A stretch of 5,311 nucleotides of DNA, taken from contig NW_003314737.1 in the NCBI RefSeq assembly GCF_000143415.4, forward strand, positions 1-5,311, in the 5' to 3' direction. This document shows, in pieces, positions 1 through 5,311 of the stretch; positions within the stretch are counted from its first letter, which is position 1, and each line of letters starts with the position of its first letter. The notes under the pieces are model-generated. The model was given only the letters and a program-made list of their open reading frames with translations, did no database searches and was not told the origin of the DNA. Both the position numbers and the translations under genes were made by a program. The DNA is from Selaginella moellendorffii. Taxonomy: Eukaryota; Plantae; Lycopodiophyta.

Positions 1-590
1 AAGCATGCAGTTGGAGTGTGGTGACCAGATAGTGATGGAGGTGTGAAAGCACCAAGCAATGAGTTGTAGGACTTGACAACTATGAGGCAACTAAGCAAGA
101 GGTGCAAAATAACGTGATGGAATGGGTAGAAGGTAGCTACCCAAGACTTCTAGTATAGGGAAGTCGAATATACCCTTACGGGGGATAAGTTTCTTATGTT
201 GCGATATAGTAAGTCAATGTCATAAAAGGAAATACTCATTGTCAAGAAAGCCATCATTGGGACACCCGAACACTCTAGAACACCAGAAGGTGGTGTTTGA
301 TATCGCGAGGGCAATGGATAAAGCCCAAGGGACTAAGTCCCTAGCGAATGATGGATAGAAGGTGCTATCCAAATGTCCAAGGTTGCGGAGACAGGAGAGG
401 ACTGTCTACCCAAGTTGGACAAAGCCAAAAATGGAATTTTGGCAAGGCTAGTGATAGGCATGTAAAGGCCCATAAGCAACAATGTAACCCCAGTGTGTGG
501 GATTATAAGCTGAGCATACCCGGATTGAGGAACCACTCCCTGGGCTATTGGGTAGGTTCATCCCTAAGAATACTTGCTAAGGCATGATAG
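1..590 (+). pseudogene. Relic of RT C-terminus and RNase H of gypsy pol
   Basis: 241-315 reads VKKAIIGTPEHSRTPEGGV*YREGN (cf. LKKAV..ALPDHTK...IGGVLMQEGH). 354-380 reads DRRCYPNVQ (cf. ERRYTVQ). 498-533 reads WDYKLSIPGLRN (cf. FDYVLEYKPGRAN). 20-37 GDQIVM weakly resembles LDDIVI. The catalytic TDAS segment is missing. Confidence 0.6.
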
Positions 591-740
591 AAAGTGCAAA
601 GCTATCCTCTTGGTCTGGAGGAGAATGACCGAAGGAAAGGTGTGAAGCCAAAGGCAAGTAGTGTTGGGATGGAACTGAACTATAGAAATCAAAGAGCATA
701 TCCAACAGTGGTTATGAAAGTTGGGAGTGGAGAATCAAGA

Positions 741-1212
741 GGGTGCTCGAGGATGTTGTTGCTAGCAACCGTGATGCCATGGAGAGTCTAAAATATGGAA
801 TTGTCCATGTTAGACTATATGGCAACTATAAAGCTTGCGAAAGGGGAGGCCTTAGCAAGCTGAGGGACAGAGTTCCTTCAAAGTTCCCAAAGACGATTCT
901 AGGTAGCGTAGTACCTAGAAAGGCCAAGTGTAAATGGTTCATGGAACGCGCGAAATCAGAGTGGCGCAGTAGAAGCGTGGTCTTGAAGCTTGCCATGAGG
1001 CAAGGTTATCAAGGTTAGGGAAGTAGTTCCCGAGTGTTCAAAGAGAGGGCTTTGAACGAAAGTCGATGGTCAAGGACTTTCACGCTTATGCAGGAACCAT
1101 GTTACAATGGTCGGAGGACTTGCCAAGTGAGATTGGCACGTCGGGGGAACAAAGACCCTAGTTGAAGGTGATATCTTCAAAAAGGGTGGGCCAGGGGGCC
1201 GAGCATGGAGGA
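741..1212 (+). repeat. Long direct repeat, copy 1 (partner 4840-5311, offset 4099 bp)
   Basis: Direct alignment by eye gives about 41 substitutions and 2 one-base indels in ~472 bp (~91% identity). Similarity runs to the window end and stops upstream of ~741/4840. Confidence 0.97.
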
Positions 1213-1377
1213 GTCCATGCATGATCATAGACATGTCAAGTGAGAGGACTTGGCAGTGTGGAGGAACTAGGTTCCTAAGCTGTGATCTGTAGCGCGCTTT
1301 AAAAATAGGTTGGTGCACCGGCGTGGGGAGTCACGCCAGGCATCTAGTGTGATGCCGTCCGTAGATGCATATATGGA

Positions 1378-1432
1378 GGTTGGGTTCGAGTCCCGACCCT
1401 CTAGTGCTTGGGTTCGAGTCCCAAATCACTAG
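1378..1432 (+). repeat. 28-bp-period tandem duplication; each copy is a hairpin with a tRNA T-loop / Pol III B-box motif (GGGTTCGAGTCCC)
   Basis: GGGTTCGAGTCCC occurs at 1382-1394 and 1410-1422. Stems are ggttggg/cccgacc and ctagtg-c-ttggg/cccaa-at-cactag, each closing a 7-nt TTCGAGT loop. Confidence 0.85.
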
Positions 1433-1790
1433 GGCGTGGTGATGGTTTGGAATATGAGGACACTCATATTTCGGTGGTCATGGACTCTCAGTGGGGAGAC
1501 TGGTTTGGGCACACCGCCAAGCGAGGGATGCCTCGGAGTCGTGATGCACGGTTAGATTGCTTAGTGTGAAAGCTCGGCATATCTAACTTGAACGCTTTGG
1601 TGCAAGTGGCACCAAGGTCGTGGTGAGTGAGATGGGGACACCTAATCTCAGTTGCTATGAACCCTTGGCCGTAAGGGCTAGCTTGGGTGCACCGCCAAGT
1701 GTGGGGGATGCCCCCGGGGTTATAGTCAACAACTTAGAGGTCTAGAAGACCAAGTACCTCTTGGCAACTCTGTTAAGGTGCCAAGGTGAG
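1433..1790 (+). repeat. Diverged ~178-bp tandem duplication with conserved predicted RNA structure (possible third, more degenerate unit from ~1790)
   Basis: Anchors at matching offsets: CGTGGTGA 1435/1619, GGACAC 1458/1636, CACCGCCAAG 1512/1690, GGGATGCC 1525/1705. Confidence 0.78.
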
Positions 1791-2859
1791 ATCACTAGGT
1801 GATCTTATGGCCAGATAAGGACAAGGTCCTTGGTTGGCTAAGGAATGAAGTTCCTGGTTCAAAATGTTGAAATTGAACTGTTTAAGATGGTGTGGCTTGG
1901 TCGCAATGACCAAGTGGGAAGAGCACCTAAGGGAAATAAACTATGTCCATCCGATGGCATAGTGAGTCCGAGGAAAGTAGTCTCTATAAAAGACCCATGG
2001 GAGGGTCACGAAGTTGGGCCATGGATAGGGCCCATAGCAGAATATGCTAAAGAGACATACTAGGGGTGAACATCCTCCGGACTTGGCAAAGAAGAGTCTT
2101 TGCTATGGAACCGAAAGGATACCTCAAAAATGGAGGTAGCGATCCGATGTTGCTGGGTGCAACAATCAAGGATAGGATCAAAGGACTAGTGGCCAAAGTT
2201 TGGGCCATGGAATTTAATGGAAGGGATCCAAATGGCAAAGTTAGCCAAGGAACACTAATGTGTTCGATGCTAACAGCTTGTGGGAAAGGAAGCGGACTTT
2301 CAAGGACGGATTCCTAAGTGCTCCAATTTGGTGAAGTAAAGGCTCCAAGTGAGGGAGCAGTAAGGTAGCCAAATGATAGGGCCATGGACAGCCCTAGCAC
2401 AAAGTATGATAAATGGAACTTAGTGCCCAAGGTGGCACGAAATAGAAGAGAGGATGGTGGTGCCCTCAAGTAATGAACTTCCTAGGATAGGGAAGTGGAG
2501 TTGCACAATCTGTGCAATGCAAGGTGTTGGAGACACCTAGGAAATTTACTCCCAAAAAGTCAAAAGAGTAAAAGTTCCAAGGTGCAAACATTCAATAGAT
2601 GGAAATTGAGACTACTCGAGAAGGAGTAGTGGGATTGACTTAGAGAAGGGTCTCTAAGAGGTTTAGCGAGAACTAAACCAATAAAAGGGGAGAACCATTA
2701 CATGTGGTCCAATCAGTCTCTAAGTTGGAGAGACTACGCTCCTTAAAGGATGGACAAGGCATGGTGAGCCTTTGATGTCAAACCATAGACAAAGATTGGC
2801 TAGGTGCCAAGGATGGAAATGGTAACACGTGTGGGTGTTACTTTATGAAAGGGTTTACC

Positions 2860-2900
2860 GTTCGATGAGGACATCGAACTTCGTCTATGGGTGGTGGAGT
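2860..2900 (+). promoter_or_regulatory. 3'-end hairpin plus polypurine-tract-like plus-strand primer site
   Basis: Perfect 8-bp hairpin gttcgatg-AGGA-catcgaac (2860-2879; reads S-M-R-T-S, like the remembered TRTS pol end). It is followed by gggtggtggagt (2889-2900) directly before TGT. The layout resembles the remembered CGAYGAGGACRTCG...GGTGGGGGAGA-TGT 3' end of plant chromoviruses. The PPT is imperfect, with T interruptions. Confidence 0.6.
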
Positions 2901-3135
2901 TGTGAGACACAAAATCCCTAGGCCCCAAAGTGGAGCCGGAAGGGCGCCACATGGTAGTGGCCGAAGCGAGAGCCAAACGAGCGTAACATGTTTGGACCAA
3001 AAGCTCCGACTTGAAAAGTCAAGAGCGGGAGTGGAACTCCCAACGAAGTGCTCGAGGAACGAGCACGAAGCGAGCAAAAGGCGAGGCTCCAAAAAGGGAC
3101 CCAAAAGGACCAACACATGACATGTGGGAGTGTCC
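2901..3135 (+). mobile_element. Probable 5' portion (U3) of an LTR
   Basis: Starts TGTGAGACAC immediately after the PPT-like tract, with no pol relics downstream until the minisatellite. The matching end (GTGTCTCACA) and a PBS were not found in the window. Confidence 0.5.
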
Positions 3136-3462
3136 GAGATGGAGTCCGAAGTGGAGTCCGAGGTGGACCCGAGTTGGAGTCCGAAGTGGAGTCCGAGATG
3201 GACCCGAGATGGACCCGAAATGGAGTCCGAGATGGAGTCCAAGATGGACCCAAGATGGACCCGAGATGGAGTCCGAGATGGAGTCCGAGATGGAGTCCGA
3301 GATGGACCCGAGATGGAGTCCGAGTTGGAGTCCGAGATGGAGTCCGAGATGGACCCGAGATGGACCCGAAATGGAGTCCGAGATGGAGTCCGAGATGGAC
3401 CCGAAATGGAGTCCGAGTCCGAATCCGAGTCCGAGTCCGAGTCCGAGTCCGAGTCCGAGTCC
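3136..3462 (+). repeat. Compound minisatellite: 24 units of GAGATGGAGTCC (12-mer, x15) and GAGATGGACCC (11-mer, x9), then (GAGTCC)x8
   Basis: Units counted directly: 3136-3414 are mixed 12/11-mers with minor variants; 3415-3462 are eight hexamers (one GAATCC). Confidence 0.97.
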
Positions 3463-3490
3463 GGAGCCTGAGAGGGTGAAAGCCCAAAGC

Positions 3491-4133
3491 GTTCGTCTCC
3501 CAGACCCTGGGGGGTTTGGTGAGCTCCAAAAGTATAGTAGGGGGAGGACTGCAGTGGAGCCAGTTTGGCCAGGAAAGGCCAGTTTGGCCCAGGAAGGCCA
3601 GACCCAGTGTTGGGTGATGAACTGACCACTGGGAAGTCCAAGACTAGAGTGAATACGGACCGACAAGCGGGGTAGCTTGGTGAAGTGTTCAAGAGCCGGC
3701 TCTAGTTCCCCCGGGAGATCGACTGGCCGATGCTCCCAGTCCAAGTGTGGGTGGCACTACCTACTTGGATACCAGGCGTGGCTCAACGGAACCTCGCTCT
3801 AAGCCCATGGCTAGAGCACCTAAAGGCGATAGGTGGGGAGAGTACCCAGGTGGCTCGCGTAAGGCCACGGTGTTCCGAAATGTCGTCCCAAAGGCCCAGA
3901 CTGTGGAAAGGAAGAGGAGCAGTCCTCTGGGGTAGTGACCAAGGACGCAGTCGTGTGGTGAGGAAGTCCCAGAGGACCGTGGGACTTAGGGGTCGGGCCT
4001 GTGGGCCTCGATCCAGTGGCAGTGTTGGCAAACACGGCCAGGGGCAGAAAGGGACTTGGTAGGAACTGACAAAGGGACTTTGGGGAAGGCAATTCCCCAG
4101 GTCTGTGGGCATCCTAAGGATGCTAAGGAGTGG
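3491..4133 (+). pseudogene. Relic of gag with nucleocapsid zinc knuckle
   Basis: 3491-3535 VRLPDPGGFGELQKY (cf. VRVPEPKPFGG...ELENF). 3733-3756 LPVQVWVA (cf. LPTNTAWVA). 4095-4133 PQVCGHPKDAKEW (cf. C..CGGPH.AKDC, Cx2Cx3Hx4C spacing, 3 of 4 ligands lost). Confidence 0.55.
3559..3601 (+). repeat. 19-bp tandem duplication GCCAGTTTGGCC(C)AGGAA(A)G x2.3
   Basis: Units at 3559-3577 and 3578-3596, plus a partial GCCAG. Confidence 0.85.
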
Positions 4134-4202
4134 ATCTAGGATGACCCCTCATAGACAGATGGCCCAGTCTTGGAGAGACGGGATGGTGATGCAAGTGGTA
4201 TT

Positions 4203-4310
4203 GGACCATTTGTGCAGCAAAGGTGAATGGGCATGGCCTTAGCGTAATGGGCCGAGATGTCAGTGGTACCTTTGGGTGTCGGTCATGGGATCGGACACGT
4301 GGAGCACTTG
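4203..4310 (+). pseudogene. Relic of aspartic protease
   Basis: GPFVQ, frameshift, then KVNGHGLSVMGRDVSGT (4203-4270; cf. GLMFVDAKVNGKPVRAMVDSGAT). Also gac acg (t) gga gca = D-T-G-A with a 1-nt insertion at 4294-4306. It lies between the Zn-knuckle and RT relics, as expected. Confidence 0.5.
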
Positions 4311-4556
4311 GACCAAGTGCAAAGGTTGAGTGGCATGGATGCCATTCTCGGGGCTAGCAAGCCCCAAGTCCTGAATGGGACTTATGGAGGTTGTGAATGA
4401 GACTCCTCCAAGTGGTCGGAGGTGTGGTTAAGTGACTAAAGTAGAATGGAAAAATTTAGTCACCTACAGCTAGCACCTCAAAAATAGGACCTTATGGGTC
4501 GTTGGATTAGCAAAAGTCCAAAATGCTGGATGACTCAAGTGGAGTCAGGGAATGGT

Positions 4557-4765
4557 CTTAAGGGATTGGTTGAGGCATTTGGACTGAGGTGTATGGCGCC
4601 CTATGAAGTATGGGGAGGATCATAAGATCCAAGTATGAGAACAGTAGGTATCTCATTGATGGCAGAATGTGCCATACTAAAGTTGTGGGAAAGATATTCC
4701 CAGAAGAAAGCAACTTTGACCCAGGTTTGGGTGCAAACTCTATGGTGTGGTGCTAACAGATAGTT
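4557..4765 (+). pseudogene. Relic of reverse transcriptase N-terminus
   Basis: LKGLVEA at 4557-4577 (cf. LKELLDA). Then, in one frame: YGA 4592-4600 (YGAP), DGRMC 4658-4672 (DGSLRMC), KV, and FDPGLGA 4715-4735 (FDQLGGA). Confidence 0.6.
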
Positions 4766-4839
4766 AGCATGAGGAACAATTATATTGGTCTTGGCAAAGA
4801 CCTAGACACTAGTAAGGAGTGTCATAAGGATAGGCTCGT

Positions 4840-5311
4840 GGGGGCTCGAGGGTGTTGCCGCTAGCAACCGTGATGCCATGGAGAGTCTAAAATATGGAAT
4901 TGTTCATGTTAGACTATATGGTAATTGGAAAGCTTGCAAAAAGGGAGGCCTTAGCAAGCTAAAGGACAGAGTTCCTTCAAGGTTCCCAAAGATGATTCTA
5001 GGTAGCTTAGTACCTAGAAAGGCCAAGCGTAAATGGTTCAAGGAACGCCCGAAATCAGAATGGCGCAGCAGAAGCGTGGTCTTGAAGCTTGCCATGAGGC
5101 AAGGCTATCAAGGTTAGGGAAGTAGTTTCCGAGTGTTCAAAGAGAGGGCTTTGAATGAAAGTCGATGATCAAGGGCTTTCACGCTTGTGCAGAAACCATG
5201 TTACAGTGGTCGGAGGGCTTGCCAAAGCGAGATTTGCAAGTCAGGGGAATAATACCCTAGTTGAAGGTGATAACTTCAAAAGGGGTGGGCCATGAGGCCA
5301 AGCATGGAGGA
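4840..5311 (+). repeat. Long direct repeat, copy 2 (partner 741-1212); integrase N-terminal relic
   Basis: About 91% identical to 741-1212 and truncated by the window end. Confidence 0.97.

Larger units (their letters stand above)
743..2550 (+). pseudogene. Relic of integrase plus chromodomain
   Basis: ORF 743-1018 contains VVPR...ME...SEW...LAMRQGY (cf. YVPK...KECHDSKW...LALLEQGY). 1200-1223 RAWRSPCM (cf. RPWESVSM). 1289-1327 VARFKNRLVHRRG (cf. TARLFFKNVVKYWG). 1857-1883 VQNVEIELF (cf. RVNALLELY). 1965-2015 SPRKVVSIKDPWEGHEV (cf. SPFEIVTGQQPLTPHTV, same spacing). 2180-2245 KGLV, GPW in another frame, then GKVS (GPF module). 2257-2280 NVFDANSL (cf. HPVFHAS.L). 2402-2413 KYDK. 2457-2498 VVPSSNE/FL/KW (cf. 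GVPP.TEYLVKW chromodomain). Confidence 0.65.
1..3135 (+). mobile_element. 3' part of a degenerate, non-autonomous Ty3/gypsy LTR retroelement (chromovirus, Galadriel-like), piece A
   Basis: Colinear peptide relics in gypsy order RT-RH-INT-chromodomain on the + strand, followed by a PPT-like tract (2889-2900) and a TG start (TGTGAGACAC, 2901). The + strand is purine-rich. Relics are broken by stops and frameshifts. Clade call rests on remembered motifs. Confidence 0.72.
3463..5311 (+). mobile_element. 5'/central part of a second, related degenerate Ty3/gypsy element, piece B
   Basis: Relics in the order gag, Zn-knuckle, protease, RT N-terminus, then the ~91%-identical copy of piece A's integrase N-terminal block. 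Confidence 0.68.

Noticed and set aside
1311-1328. PBS-like TGGTGCACCGGCGTGGGG (resembles tRNA-Lys PBS TGGCGCCCACCGTGGGG)
   Set aside because: It is not preceded by a CA LTR end, matches imperfectly, and lies within the integrase core relic.
1324-1404. A true tRNA gene or tRNA-derived SINE
   Set aside because: A T-loop is present, but the acceptor pairing is weak and competes with other stems. There is no clear D-loop/A-box, 7-nt anticodon loop, poly-A/T tail or TSD.
333-2238. Short minus-strand ORFs as genes
   Set aside because: They are 63-82 aa, lack recognisable motifs, and lie antisense to the pol relics.
3136-3462. CRISPR array
   Set aside because: The 6-12 bp units are contiguous with no unique spacers, and no cas genes are present.
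2838-3744. Long overlapping ORFs (115-284 aa) on both strands
   Set aside because: They are low-complexity translations (ESEM, SPRW, GLHL, DS repeats) produced by the stop-poor minisatellite.
4149-4225. TDGPVL...DASGIG as an RNase H motif
   Set aside because: It lies between the Zn-knuckle and protease relics, upstream of RT, which is the wrong position for RNase H. The GPFV..KVNG protease reading fits the order better.
741-5311. The 472-bp direct repeats as the two LTRs of one 4.5-kb element
   Set aside because: They carry integrase relics, similarity extends upstream of the TGTTG in both copies, and the better PPT/TG boundary lies between them at 2901.
1-5311. Hammerhead ribozyme (retrozyme)
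   Set aside because: I found no CTGANGA core on either strand by eye. Other ribozyme classes are not excluded without an Rfam search.

Overview
This looks like eukaryotic, probably plant, repetitive DNA with no credible intact gene. On the + strand, heavily eroded and frameshifted relics of a Ty3/gypsy chromovirus-type (Galadriel-like) gag-pol appear in canonical order, in two head-to-tail element pieces. Piece A (1-~3135) runs RT C-terminus, RNase H, integrase, chromodomain, PPT-like tract, then a TG-starting LTR beginning. A 327-bp minisatellite follows (3136-3462). Piece B (~3463-5311) runs gag, Zn-knuckle, protease, RT N-terminus, integrase N-terminus. The pieces share a ~472-bp block at ~91% identity (741-1212 / 4840-5311), so the decayed state was itself copied. 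The former coding DNA is tiled with short hairpins, and a duplicated ~70-nt cloverleaf-like fold shows compensatory base changes next to two tRNA T-loop hairpins. This suggests a non-autonomous, LARD-like retroelement maintained as a structured RNA. All protein-motif matches were made by eye against remembered consensus sequences, not by database search.
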